A DNA stretch of 64,000 nt. It comes from Fimicolochytrium jonesii (lineage: Eukaryota). The notes beneath the pieces are model-generated. The model searched no databases. It saw nothing but the letters and a program-made list of their open reading frames with translations, and was not told the origin of the DNA. The DNA lies in the NCBI RefSeq assembly GCF_025526975.1, contig NW_026515690.1, positions 248,001 through 312,000 on the forward strand, read 5' to 3'. The position numbers and the translations under genes are program-made. Shown piece by piece: positions 25,502 to 38,106 of this stretch (positions within the stretch are counted from its first letter, which is position 1; every line of letters begins with the position of its first letter).

Positions 25502-25562
25502 AAAATGGACAGTCCCTCCTTTCATCTTCCGTCAACACTGCTCGAAAAGTCCACCTCCCACA

Positions 25563-27259
25563 TCAGACCCCGGCACCCCTCACAACCTCCCCCCTGACCT
25601 CGTCCACAAACCGCCTCAACCCCTCCTTCACAGGGCCCATATGCCTCATCAACGCCGGCATCAGCTCCACGCCAAACTGCAACACGTCCCCATTGCCAAC
25701 CATCATCCGTTTCACATCCCTCTCCGCTTCCTCGCTTAACCGGCCATCACCGCCCCGTTTATCGCCCGCCGGACCGGTGACCAACATCTCGCAAAGGAGC
25801 GACATGTCGTGGTCGGTGGGCGTGAGTTTGTCCACCCCGTCGTCGGCGTAGGATCCGAGGGCGATGAGGAGGTGCGCGCGGGCGAAGGTGGGGGCGTACG
25901 GCTTTTGGAGGTGGGAGAGGGTGCGGGCAGGGAGGGCGGAGGAGATGTCGAGGGCGTCGTTGAGGAGGAGTTTTAGGTCTATTTTTGTGTGAGGCGGGGG
26001 GGTTAACAGTGAATGTGTGCGGGGAAGATTGGGAACACGATGGGGGATATGGGTTTACCTTCGATGTGTAGGGCGAATTTTTTGAGGTTGATGGCGTCGG
26101 ATTTGAGGTGGGATTGGAGATCGCGGACGGTGTCTGGGATCCTCAACGCGGTTTCTGCGTCTGCGTCGGTGTTATCAAAATCCGCGTCCCAGCTTTCTAG
26201 ATTCCCCTGTTTCTCCTCATCCTCCTCGTCATTCGCGCCGACCATTCCCCCACCTCGTCCCGCAGCCGACCCAAGTTGTCGCGACGCTTTGGCTTTGACA
26301 GAGGCCACGAACCATCTGTCCTCGTCCCAGTCGTCGTCCTCATCGTTCGTGTCGAGGAGGAGGGAGTCGTCCTGTAAGGCTAAGGAGGCGGTTGGGGCGG
26401 ATTGGATGCGACGGCGGGGAGAGATTTTGCGGTCGGCTGCTTTTGGTTGTGAGGGATTCTTTGGGGTACGCATCTCGAGGGGTGGGTGGGGGGTAAGTGG
26501 GGGTGTGAGGAGCATGGGAGGGTCGGCGAATTTGAGAGGGGTGGGGGTGGAGATGTCTGTGAAGCCGAATTCGGCGTCGAAGTCGAGGTCGTCTGAGTCT
26601 GAGGTTGTGGGGGTGGGGTGGGGTGGGTCTCCGGATTTGGCGATGGCTAGCATCCGCGACGGTGGTGCATTATGCGGTGAATCGCTGGACGTCGCAGCAG
26701 CGGGTATGGATGGATTTGACGCGTGCGTTGTCTCGGCATTTGATATGGTCTCCGTCCCCACGACGTTAGGCTTCGCCTTGATTTCGTCTGCAATCCCACT
26801 CCTTCCCGGCGCAGGCAGCCCTCTCGCCCCGTCCGGAACACTCCTGCCCACATCCATGACGGCCTTCTCCGTCGCCAGCACACTCATGCTATGCGCTCTC
26901 CTATTCGCTCCCAGCGGCTGTACATTCGTTCCCCTTTGCTGCTGCTGCTGTTGCTGTTGATGCTGGTGTTGGGATATACTGGTCGGATTAAACACCACGG
27001 GCTGACTGTCGGCTTTGGTGCGAGGCCGGAGGTGCATTTTGATGGTTTGGAAGAAGGAGGGGAAGGAGGGGGTTGCTAGCGTTCCGGACGCTAGGATGAG
27101 CTGTGTGGGAGAAGAAACACGATTCCGAGGTCAATTCACGAATTGAGTTGCATATTGGCGAAAAAGAAGAAGCAAACCCACAGCGTTGATAGATTTCTTT
27201 GCCTTTGCTGCCTTTCCCGAGGGCTGGGAGCCGGGTTTGTCCTTTTTCTTGCCCAACAT
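25563..27259 (-). CDS. hypothetical protein (~511 aa): low-complexity N-terminus, acidic WD motifs, helical C-terminal domain
   Basis: Exons 27259-27182, 27100-26059, 25978-25563 (1536 nt, in frame). Motifs DDDWDED and ESWDADF..LRIPDTVRDLQSHLKSDAINLKKFALHIEDLKLL; polyQ tract. Confidence 0.8.
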
Positions 27260-27488
27260 GCTTGCGAAGATGCCTGGGCGGAGTGCGGCGTGTGCGTGAT
27301 GGAGTGGGTAGTGGTGGCCCGCAGCCAGACAGAAGCCGGCGACCCTGCTACTTGGCTATAGGGTTCTGTGATAGCGCCGGGAGTATCTGTGCGTGGGAAT
27401 ATGCGTTTGCTGCTGAGGCCGTCTGCGTTGGGGAAGACTGGGCGACGCGTTCGTTGACCCTCGTATGCACGCGTCCTCCGTGACTGCC

Positions 27489-27845
27489 ATGGATGCACAG
27501 ACGGACCCTTCCAGACTCCACTCTCCCCTCAAAAGGCCACCACCCAAAAGCACAAAAGAACAACCCACCCCGCATCTCGCACGCCCACATCCCACCAAAC
27601 TGTCCACCCATCCCACCACCACCCAACAACCCACCAACCCCCTCGCAACCCAACCCATAACCTCCACCCCACCCGCCATCGCCTTCGACACCACAACCAT
27701 CGCCGCAGCCTGGGACGCCACCCTCGCCGCGTACGCGGAACACGACCCTGCCAAGCGGGACGCCGAGAAGAATCAGCAGGCGGGGATCAGAAAGGGTGCG
27801 GAGGGCACGTTGACGCCAAATCTGGTCAAGGAGAATGGGCTGTGA
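27489..27845 (+). CDS. small Pro/Thr-rich hypothetical protein (118 aa)
   Basis: ATG at 27489 in good context (gccATGg), divergent from the 27259 gene. No family recognised. Confidence 0.4.
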   Translation: MDAQTDPSRLHSPLKRPPPKSTKEQPTPHLARPHPTKLSTHPTTTQQPTNPLATQPITSTPPAIAFDTTTIAAAWDATLAAYAEHDPAKRDAEKNQQAGIRKGAEGTLTPNLVKENGL

Positions 27846-28331
27846 GGGACGATATACGTTTTTGTAATTTCTTTTTTTTTGCCTGATCTGGGGGGAGGGG
27901 CCGGCGCAAACGAGAGCAGTTTTCTTTTTGGGGAGGCCATTCCCGTTGTACATAATCGAACTGCAGTGGGCATGAGGAGTTACCTCATCATTCCGCGGGT
28001 ACATGAGTGGGACGTACCCACGAACAGGTACGTCCCTCATTTATAAACGAATTGCTGATCGTCCTGCTCAGGGCGGGTGGGTTCTGAGAGCCCAAGCATC
28101 GGGCTACCATGAATTCCGAATTCGCGAAACAGGATTTCGATCGGAGACGATGAAGGACAAGTTCTCCATCGCCATGGCTTTGCAGTGCGCGCAATAGAGT
28201 AGACTTTACATATGTACGTGTTTGTTGGATCCTTGGGGCCTTTAAGTAGCTGCGTCTCGGCTTTAGGTTGCTCAAGGAATAATACATCAATCAATCAATC
28301 ACTCACCACTCATCACACACACCATTCACCC

Positions 28332-28990
28332 ATGCAATCTCCTCGTCCCCGTCCCACTCCGGGTGCCCTTTGCGGCGTGCCTTCAACCGCAAAATGCGGT
28401 GCTTGCCCCACACTCTATTGCTCCAAAGACCACCAAAGGCAACACTGGAAGACGCATAAACTCACCTGTCCGGCAGCCGCCCGAACTCAGACCCACCCTC
28501 CACCACCACCTTTCGTCGCCGCCTTGACGCCCGCAGTCCGCCGCTTCAACTCTCTTGGACGACATCCTCTGGCTCCGTCGGGTTTGGTTCCCAACCATTG
28601 GCACTTCTCTATTCGACGCATCACCCTTCCCCCGGCGTCGGACGTACTGCTACTCGTATCGCCCCCATCCCGCTACATGCACATCGAGCGCCCCACGACC
28701 CCAACATTTATCTCGTCTCTCGATCCGGACGCTCGTGCAGCCGTGATCGTGCCGATGCTGCTCAAGGGCTTCAATTCCGGCTTGGGCGGCCCGGAGACTC
28801 GCGCGCCGTTCACGTGGGCGACGAATGACGTCGAGACGGCTAGGGCTGTGGAGCGAGAGCTGGCAACAGTGGGCGTGAGGAGGATCTGCGGGTCGTGCAG
28901 ACGGGCAACAGGGCGGAAGACGATATTGCCGATGAAGGGTGGAATGACATGATGAAGACATTCCTTGAGGTGATGCATAGGAGCCCATAA
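28332..28990 (+). pseudogene. MYND zinc-finger protein, apparently disrupted
   Basis: (G)ALCGVPSTAKCGACPTLYCSKDHQRQHWKTHKLTC is MYND-like, with the first Cys replaced by Gly (GGT). The C-terminus continues sensibly only after a frameshift at ~28880 (EDLRVVQTGNRAEDDIADEGWNDMMKTF..SP*). Confidence 0.7.
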
Positions 28991-29017
28991 AGCCAACAAC
29001 GTTTGTGGCCCTGTGAG

Positions 29018-29107
29018 GTGCAATGTGAGGATAGTGAGAATGTGAGGTGCAATATGAACAGCAATATGAATGACAATATGAGCGGCCATGTGAGCAGCAA
29101 TGTGAAC
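29018..29107. repeat. degenerate ~12-bp minisatellite (gcaatRtgaRcR-like)
   Basis: Repeated caatgtgag / caatatgaa / caatatgag / caatgtgaa units. Confidence 0.7.
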
Positions 29108-29239
29108 GCGAGCATCTGATCTTTTTCTTGTTCAGAGATCTGTTCAAACGGTAGGTGAGTTGGGTAACGCTCCATCGTAGCGTTCAAGGTCTTCACACAC
29201 TACGATAGTCAGCAGTGCAACTCATGATCGGTACCCTCG

Positions 29240-30112
29240 AACTGTCCAACATAAGGTACAGTACGTGCTGTTCCAGCGCGTAGATACATCCTTAGGAATT
29301 CTTCCCACAGGTTCATTCAATGCAGCTCCAATCTCTTGTAAATGCTGGATAGCAAGCTTGACTTGCGTGACTTCTTCACGATTGCTCTAACTTTCGCGAT
29401 CATTGAGCGATATCCTCGAACGTCTGCACGGTTGCATCACAGATTCTGGCTCCCGTGTGCGGGTGCAAAAGACGGTCAATGTCTAGAACAATCGAGCGCA
29501 ACTGCCTTGAGTATGGAGAGGCTTCTATTAAGCTCCCTAATGGAACCAAGCTACGCATTTCGGAATGTATGTATGCTCCAAAAGCCAGGCGAGATCTGAT
29601 TAGCGCCAAAGACGTCAGAGACAACGAACTTCATTTCCGTTCTGGAAATGAAGCCGATGGCTCTGAGATGATCGTTCTCACAAAGAACGGATCCGACGTC
29701 GAGTATTTTAGGTCTCTAAGGGCAGTGGGCAGTGACTCCATGGAAAGGGATGTTAGCTGAGGATGTCCAGCCATCCAGTGTTATCGACATCTTCCCACTG
29801 TGTTGTGCAAAAATCGCCTTCACCCCCTGACGGCCAGCTTGAAATGCATTCAGTAGCTGGTTCTTGACAGTATTTCGAACTGGCAGAGACACAGAAGCGT
29901 TCAGGAAACGAAAAATGGCCAGAAAGCCAGTGGACTCCACGGCTGACAGTGGCAATGCGTCTGATACAATCCACTTCAAAGTAAGCTTCTGAAGCTGCTT
30001 CAGCTGTGCGGGTGCAAGATTGACGCCTCCCACATTTGGTCCTTGGAAAGACAGCAGGATTTGGATAGTGCCCGTGGATTCATGGGATTTGACATGCTTC
30101 CAGAGGTTACCT
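29240..30112 (-). mobile_element. hAT-superfamily transposase remnant
   Basis: BED-finger end GNLWKHVKSH, WIVSDALPLSAVESTGF, SITLDGWTS..FHGVTAH, LHPHTG and DVSTRWNSTY (29290-29261). Stops, frameshifts and internal deletions. gagccg subterminal-like repeats at 30133-30181. Confidence 0.9.
29507..29720 (+). mobile_element. Ty1/Copia pol fragment (protease-adjacent region) inserted in the hAT remnant
   Basis: GEASIKLPNGTKLRISECMYAPKARRDLISAKDVRDNELHF resembles the Copia G.A.I.LP.GT...I...LY.P...RNLLS..DIR.N pattern. It is on the opposite strand to the hAT frame it interrupts. Confidence 0.75.
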
Positions 30113-30897
30113 AGGTGCAGACGATGCGTACTGAGCCGAGCCGCGAGCCGTCATACTTGAGCCCGGCTGGAGCCGGAGCCGTTTTATTAGTGGCTTATAG
30201 CCAGCCGTTTGCCATCAACCTTTAAGTGAAACAACAAGTAAGAACGAGACTAAGTGAAGTTCATTTTTCCAGCGCTTTCAGATGTACTACGGGTGAGTAG
30301 AACTTCAAATCAAAAGTCTCCAGGCCTTTCTAAGGAGCCCACCACAAGCAAGTGGAGGGCACCAGCACGGAGAGTGCTCCGGTCGCAACCACCGCAACCA
30401 CGACTACTCGAAGAGTGCATACTCATTCGTATGGACTTGTGGCGACGTGAGCGCGTTGTCGCTCGGCGCGATCACCCCCAACATCTTCCCCTCCAACGTG
30501 TTCAATGCCATCGGCGTAATCCGAGGCTGGCGAGCATGGGCCATGCACAGGACAGGGGGCGCACCGCATGACCCCCAACGGCCACTGCTTGCTGTCAGCT
30601 ACGTACATATACGCCGTCATGTTCAAGGAGGCTGGACGGTGCTTCTGTAGGAGGAGTAGGATTGGGGTGAGGAAGGCCGAGTGCGTTTCTGTCCGCACAT
30701 GAGAAGCCCGGTACAGTGCTCGCAACCCGTCGATTCCACATCCACCGTCTCCTATCATCATTCAACAGAGCAAGAAGCACGCAATCAATGTAATCAGAGC
30801 AATGTAAGAGTACCCAAGATTCAGTTTATTCCACTTGCAGAAATTCCCAGCTATATATGATATGTACAATATCTACAATTATGACAACTATGACAAC

Positions 30898-31638
30898 CTA
30901 CTGCCTCGGCTGCCCCTCAAACCCCGGCCCAGCCGCCCCAACCAGAACCGGTCTGAACACGCCCGTCGTGATGGCGATAGCCGCATTCACCTCCTCAACC
31001 GAGACCGCCCTCCCGCTCGCCTTCAACGCGCCCAGCTTGTCCAATTTGCCCTTGATCTGGGTACTAGCCGCGGGACATTTGAACGTCTGCAGGGTGGCGA
31101 GGGTCTGCTGGAACCGGATGAGGGTCGAGTCGAGGTCGGGGCCGGTGGGGAGATTGGGGTTTTGTTGGAAGACGGCGGCGGAGAGTTGGGCGTCTGTGAC
31201 TGGGCATCGACAGGGGATTCGGACGCCGTTGACTGGGCCGACGGAGTCACCCTGGCATGCAGGGTTGCCGGGAACGACGTTTGTTGCGGGAATGAGAGAT
31301 GAGGGCGCCCCGCCAGTCGCGGGAGGAGGAGCTTGCGGGGCCGGCGCTGGGGCAGCAGGAGGTGCACTTGCCGGAGGTGCTGGTGCATTATTGGCGCCAG
31401 GCCCTTGTTGAATCCTGTTGTTGACGCAGTGGTACAGTCCTTCCGATGGTTTGAAGCAGTCTGGGCCGCAAGGTGTCAGACTGGATGAAATATCAACAGT
31501 GATTTAGTAACAAGTACCGGACTTGAATATGATGATGGTTTGTTGAGCGCTGATTACATACCCAGCACCGCATAGAGTAGCGGGAGCCGCGAGTGCGGAA
31601 GTAGCAAAAAGAAGCGATGCGAGGAAGGAGATGTGCAT
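30898..31638 (-). CDS. secreted Cys-containing protein (219 aa): CBM52-like module, Pro/Ala linker, fungal IPCxCP..CPAAST domain
   Basis: Exons 31638-31562 and 31480-30898 (660 nt). Signal MHISFLASLLFATSALA, then CGPDCFKPSEGLYHCVNNRI, linker, RIPCRCP...LQTFKCPAAST. The main exon is absent from the ORF track. Confidence 0.85.
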
Positions 31639-33695
31639 TTTTTGATCGTCGTTGTGGGTGGATTTGGAAGATGTGTGTGAGTGTGAAGGGGGGGAGTAGC
31701 CACCACCAAGTCGTTTTATACCGGACCCTAACCCACATTGCGATTCCCTGCATACATGCATAGAGTGCGTAGATGGATGTGAGATTGACGGGAGGAAAGG
31801 GGAATGAACGGTGGGAGGCTTCTCTTGGGGGAGAAACGCGTTTCATGCGGGCATTATTGAGTACGTAAGTCAGCCGCAAGCATTTGGAAACGCGTTTGAC
31901 AAGCGACGCGCTCGTTCGTGCCAACCCTCCCCAGTGTCCCAACGCCGGCTTCCGTTCTCGTGCACTCCCACCCTGCAATGAATACACATGTGTTGGATCA
32001 GACGTGTATTGGGTTGAAGACCTCACGTTCCCCTGCCTTAAAGGTGTGGGTGGGTGGGTTTCAAATAGATGTACTTACAACGACGACGGTGAAAGATGAA
32101 AGAAAAGGGGAAAGAGAAGAGGCGATGGGAAGGACATATCTAATCCTCTAATAAACCTCCTACTGATCACGTGCCTGTACCACTCAGCCGACTTTTACAC
32201 CAAGGTGAATCCGATCATCACTGGAACCTCATAAACGAACGCTCCAACTTGAGCGATCCATGAAATTCAATGGGCTACTACAACGGCAAGGCTGCGTGAT
32301 GTTTCGACCTCGAATCATACCAGCGGACCGCTTGGGACGCTTCTCGAGAGATTGCAATCAAAAGACAGTATGTGACACTCCGTATGCAGTCAGTCCTTCG
32401 AATTCGGCAGCTGGATACGTGCGCCGACGGCAATCCGAGCGTTTGGACCGCTGTATGCCCTCACGGTCTTCTTCTGCCGCCAGTCCCAGTGGTACTGATG
32501 CCAAACCGTATCCCTCCTCAGTCTCCTTCCGTGAACAAAGCAGAGACTCCATTCACTAACGAGGAAGAGTGGAATATGGTGCAGTGCCCAAGGCTGGCTT
32601 GCTTGGTTCTTTCCCCAATGTCGCTCAAATCATCATCTGCTAGTGATCCCACACAGATACGCCCTTCGTTGGTAATTTTCAGGGTATCGTGCTAATCACT
32701 CAACTCTCCCTCTTCCTTTTCGCTTAACGTGCTTGCGTCTCGAGAGGAGATGCTGACGCCGGCTTCTTGCCCCCCCCCCCCCCCCCCCCCGCCCCCCCCC
32801 GCGTAGGGTGATAGGGTCGCTGTCGAAGCCCGCAACGTCCATCAACCCGTGTGTGTACGTCTGATATCTACTGCAATGCATGGATCGTCACCCAAAGACC
32901 GCCACCGTTACCTCTGATAACTCACCACAGATGTGATCCCCTCTCCTACTCCCGCAAAGCGCTTCCTATTGTGGGGTCGAACGTGTCTCGTACCTGCGCA
33001 AACCCCCAGACCGGACCCATCGTATCCCGGGACAAATAGTGTTCAATCCTCCTCCCACAGCAGGCCTCCTCAGCGTCACTTGCCTGCAGGCTTCCAGTTC
33101 AGGGAGGTAAATGCTCAAGCTGTTTATGGCTTATTTGGGGTTTTGGCTAGGACCTACCCATCTTTTACATTGGGATTACTACATACCGAATACTCTTGAA
33201 TTACTCCAGACGACTGCCGTCCGGGAGACTTCACTGTATCGTCCCCAGCTGGAGTCCAGAGAACTGCACCGGGGTCCCAATCAGACAGCGTGGGAAGTGT
33301 TCCGCAGTGAAGGTTTCTTTCGGAGCATTCGCAACCCCTTTCGTCCCTGTTGCGGGTGCCGTGGGGGCGGGTGTGGGACCGTCGTTAGAGTGCCGACTCC
33401 GCCTTTATACGCGGAATCAGGCGCTCGGCAGGCCCGCTGGGCGGAATCGCTGGTGTGAGAGAGTGCTGACGGTGCCAAACGAGGAGCTTCGTACTGTATC
33501 TGTGCGATGGACTGTATATATATGTATGTTGTTGCGCCCGAGCCTCACCTGTGCGAGCAAACGCTCATCCCGCGTGATTCCCGACGAGTCCCAACCCAGA
33601 CGTCCCAGCAGACGCTGAGCAAAAGTCCCAACTCTTAGCATTCTGACATTCGGCACATCTCATACCCACCCACATCCTTCCACCCTACCCCAAAG

Positions 33696-34241
33696 ATGCT
33701 AATAAAGTCATTCTCCGTCCGCTCGCTAACCCGCAACCTCGCTGTCGGCAACGGGTCGCAGACCAAACTGCCCACGCTCCAGACAATCGCCGTCACATTC
33801 GGGAACGACGCATGTCCCGCAAAGGGGGGGTTGAGGTGCGTTTTGACATGCCTTCTGGGGGGAAATGTGGTGGCAGTGGATGGATGTGCACTGGTGACCG
33901 GAGCGAGCTAGGAGTGTCATTCACTCCATGTACTGACCTCGCTCCCTCGCTCAATAGTTCGCTCTACGTGAACGAGCTCCCCCGCCTGCACGCCGCCAAC
34001 CCGCACATCACATTCACGACCGCCGAGGAGGAAGCTGATCACTGCTCTATAGAGCTCATGTCCTGTACGTTGGTTTCGTTTCCCCGTTGGGACCGCCCCG
34101 TTGATTTCAGTCTGACTCACCAATGCAATTGGTCTTTTTGTAGCGGGCAAGGACCCCGTAACGCTGGATTTGCGGCAGTGCACGTCGGCTGGGTCGATGT
34201 ATAAGCGGATCTTGGTGGAGGTTGGGGAGCCGGTGGCGTAG
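33696..34241 (+). CDS. mitochondrial ribosomal protein of the L51/S25/CI-B8 family (MRP49/mL61-like)
   Basis: Exons 33696-33835, 33958-34064, 34144-34241. Basic presequence-like N-terminus and motif YVNELPRLHAANPHITF. Confidence 0.75.
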
Positions 34242-37200
34242 TAGGAGCATACCGAGAGATGTGGGCGCAGGGGAGGATGGTAGATGTATATATATAGGTG
34301 GGGTGTAATTTATGGAATAGAAGAATGAAAGTGATTCTGAGGGATGAAATGGGTATACGGGGTTCTGGGATGAGCCTCGTCGATTCGTGGCCGTATGCAG
34401 CCACCGTCATCGATGCATTCTAGAAACCGAGCACTCGATGCTCTGCATTCATATCCACCTCTCCATATGGCTGCGATGTCGACGGTGCATCTGTTATTCT
34501 TGGCGAAACGTCCGTGGTCTTCGAAATGACGGCGAGACAGAGAGCGTGGTGAACATGCGCGGGGCCAACGAGACCAAGCGCTGGGAACGCCCGCGAATAT
34601 CAGCGTCAGCTTGCCCGGGAGACCCTAGTCGATACACAGCGAATCGAATGTGTTCCACCCGAAACAGAGCATGTCCTGGCACAGGAGGGGTTTTTTCATC
34701 AACGATCCTACACCAGCGCGGTGAGATTCCGAACCCCAAGCCAAGGCGTCCTTCCAGGACACGTCGCACACGCAGTGGCGTCGAGCTTCAGTGCTTTTCG
34801 GATTCGACGGCTGGCAATGGCCATGATGTAACATTATCTCTTCCAAGTTCATTCCCCATGTCTTCATCATCTTTGAAAAAGCGCTTCCTTTCCCTTCACC
34901 ACACGTTCCACATATTTCACCCAGTGCCGAGGACTTCCTATGCTTTTCGCACCCGCGCGGTGTAAAGAACATCGCACACATCGCGAAGAACTCGGCCGTC
35001 CGCGTTCGTGTTCCTCCAGTACGGACACAAACACATAGACCACATCCGGTTCCTCCGCGCAGTCGGTGCCCGCCCTCCAGCGCTTCATAATATCATCCAA
35101 GCCGTGTATTTTGATATGTCTCGACGTCCAGGTGGCAAGTTCCAAGTTCGCGCAATGTTAAGCACTCGAAAGATGGCCAAATGACTCCAAATCTCTTTGC
35201 CGTTTTGGAGGCGTTTTTCCTCCCTCTTGGGACATGGTGTTTTACATGCCATCCTGTCTAGCTGCTTTCTTCATGTTCAGACTTGATGTTGCAGTTTGTT
35301 CGATCTCAATTGTTGGTGAGATGTCCCGTTCTTCTTTTCCTCGTTCCAGGATAACCCGCCATTGGCTTGGTGCTTTCCTTCCATGACCTGCTCGTAGCCA
35401 TCATCGGCTGCGGAGGCGTGAGCACGTTGCGGGGGATTGAAGATTTTCAGATTTATGGCGCTTCGAGGTTGGGACAGCCCACACCCATGTGGCATTCCAC
35501 CTCCAATATGAGATCCCTTCCTGTCGCGTGTCGCTTCTTGGCTCGGGAGTTCTTCCCATATCGCGGCATCCCATGGAATAGATTATGACATCCGCATTGC
35601 AGCGCTTGTTACCTATTCGGTCTTAACCCTAGGCTTCCGCTGCTGTGTCCGGAAAGATCATCCATCTGAAGAGACGAATCGCTGTTGCGGCACTCATTCG
35701 GTGATACATTGTTGCCCATGTCCTAGGCCGATGACGGACAAAAGAGCGCGGCCCTACCACATCGTCCCCCTTGCCGCGCTTCATGCATCGGTGGCAAGCA
35801 AGAATCTCTCCGTATGAACCAATTCCCAAACGCCAGAGGTTCCACTCCCCAGGCATCAATGAGTCAAGCTTGGCGAGCTCAGATTTCTGCGCGACCCAAC
35901 TTCGCCGAAACTTACCGTCACGGAGTAGGGTACGGCTCGTTGGGGCCACCTCGGTAGCAGAACGTCAAACACTCTGAAATGCAAACTCCCCGCCATTCTC
36001 ATAGTTTGCCCTAACCCCAGCATCGCTGGCCTCAACGCCGGGCCCATTCGGAATCGCATTAGTCAATCGAACTCAACGAGAGGAGACGAAACGTGAGCCA
36101 GACAATTGAGATTAAGCGAGGAATCCAAAAGTGCGTGATGAGCCAAAGCCGTGCGTGACCGGTCCCTTCTGCGTCGTGAGTTTAATCACGCTGCTCGGCT
36201 TTGCGAGTGACTAAAGAGGAAACGGACTCTTGGTTGGCTTCACTGTTCATCCTATGGATCTATGAAACTGTCGCTGCATCTGGCGGTGTGGGTCGTCCTG
36301 CAAAATGTGGATATCCGAAGCTTTCGCAGGACTCGATGCTTTTCAGACGACCACTCCGGAATACCCTACGTTCGCTCTAATCTTTCCGTAACGTCGTCCG
36401 CCTCGGATTTTAAGCGGACGAGGGCATCGGCAGCCGAGGAAGGGGAAGCCTCAGGCTGGCATTTGGATCTTGAGATCCCTGCCCAAAGGGTTGACTTTCT
36501 CTGCGAATCCCGTTCCATCAATATTGCTCAAGCCGTCGGCGTCTCGAAGAGAGCAGAGCCACCACCGTCATGTACGTCCCGCGCAACGGTCACCATCAGC
36601 GCAACGAAAAAATCGACGTAAGAGCTCTGACCGTTTGGGGAGCGGAAACACTGCTTCCGCATCCTTTCCTGCCATCAGGCAGTGAAGTAAAACGACCGCA
36701 TGGCAGACGGCGGTGCACAATCCAACGGTAAGAGAGGGGTGGAATCGCTTATAGGGCAGCTTTCGATGCGTCGACGTGCCCACCTTGACGCTTCAACCAT
36801 TCGATAAAGCGCTCGTGTTGCATGCATCGTCCGCGTGAGGACAAAAGCGCCCCCCCGTACAAGCTGTGATGCCTACGTGATCTATGGTGCTATTGCCGGC
36901 TTTCGCTGTTGGGCGGTCCACTCCGTGAACCAGCTACTGTATGTTTGCGGTAGGTTCCATCTTCCAAGATGTGGTTGGGGACGCGTTGCGTTTGGTGACG
37001 ACGGAAGAGGGCTCGTACAAGTTGCACAGTAGTTGCTGCGGTATGAGGCCCGAGGTTTAGAGCGTTACTGCTCACTTTATGTTCTTTCGTTGTCGCTGTG
37101 CGTGTTTTCGGAAGTGTGTTCTTTTGAAGATGGGTGGACCGGGTTTCGGGAATGGGTCGCTTCGACGTCGAGCTTTGAACTGGAGCAGAAACAGAGGCTT

Positions 37201-37753
37201 CTGCCGTGCTCGAGGAGGGTCCTCTGACCTGGTACTGTACGTGCGGCGGATGAGTGTGCTCTTGTTGTGCTGCATGATGATGAGGGCCTTTGGAGGTTTC
37301 TGATTCAGACGGAAGAACAGGTACCTATTTAACTAGGGAGGTTCATTTGTTTGTAAGCTGTTGCGAACGTCAACAAACAGCCACGTTTGGATGACGCAAC
37401 CCCTTTATTAGTACTCACAGGAACGCGGGCTTGTTCTCGTCAGATGATATGATGACTGTGGGACCCGTCACTTTATGTCAAACCAAAACTTCCAAGTCTC
37501 TAATCGTCTCTGATTAGCAACACGGCACTTGCCAACCTCCACTGATTAGCCGCACTCTGTCTAAACAATCTATAGTCGACCGCAGGCACCACCAGCTCAG
37601 CAGCAACAAAGACCAGAACAGAACGTCAAGACCAACCTCGACCATCAAAGGAGGATTAACCGACCCCTCTCGCCCGTCCCCTACCACCCGCCCACTGAGA
37701 AGAGGTGCGTTTGGATGCAACCGATGGATGGATGAATGTTTGGATTCACGAGT

Positions 37754-37786
37754 ATGGATGGATGGATGGATGGATGGATGGATGGA
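37754..37786. repeat. (ATGG)n microsatellite
   Basis: About 8 tandem ATGG units. Confidence 0.95.
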
Positions 37787-38106
37787 GCGGTGGACAAGTT
37801 GGGGTCATTTCGAGGCGCAAGATCGCGGAGATCACGGGCGAGCATCATACTGGAAATGGAGAGGCTAGCGAGAGTGCCTGGAGCAAGACAGTTATAGGGA
37901 CATGTTGGACTATGGGCTTCTTCCGGCGGAATGCGATCCGGCACGCGGAGTGCATCTTGACAGTGATCTTGAAGCATTGTAGGGAGATCATCCACCTGTG
38001 GTAGAGATTACTCCCACCACACGAAATATCCCCACTCGCAACGCACGATTCGCATACCCGTACTGACTCTCAACGACCCTCATTACAGAAGATCAGCCCC
38101 GCAAAA

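Noticed and set aside
26013..26960. 315-aa plus-strand ORF ending in poly-Cys
   Set aside because: Antisense shadow of the minus-strand gene; the poly-Cys mirrors its polyQ (CAG) tract.
29130..30225. Terminal inverted repeats for the hAT remnant
   Set aside because: Only a 7-nt caaacgg match between candidate ends and no 8-bp TSD.
34450..37300. Possible decayed gene or TE fragments on the minus strand
   Set aside because: No diagnostic motif in any frame.
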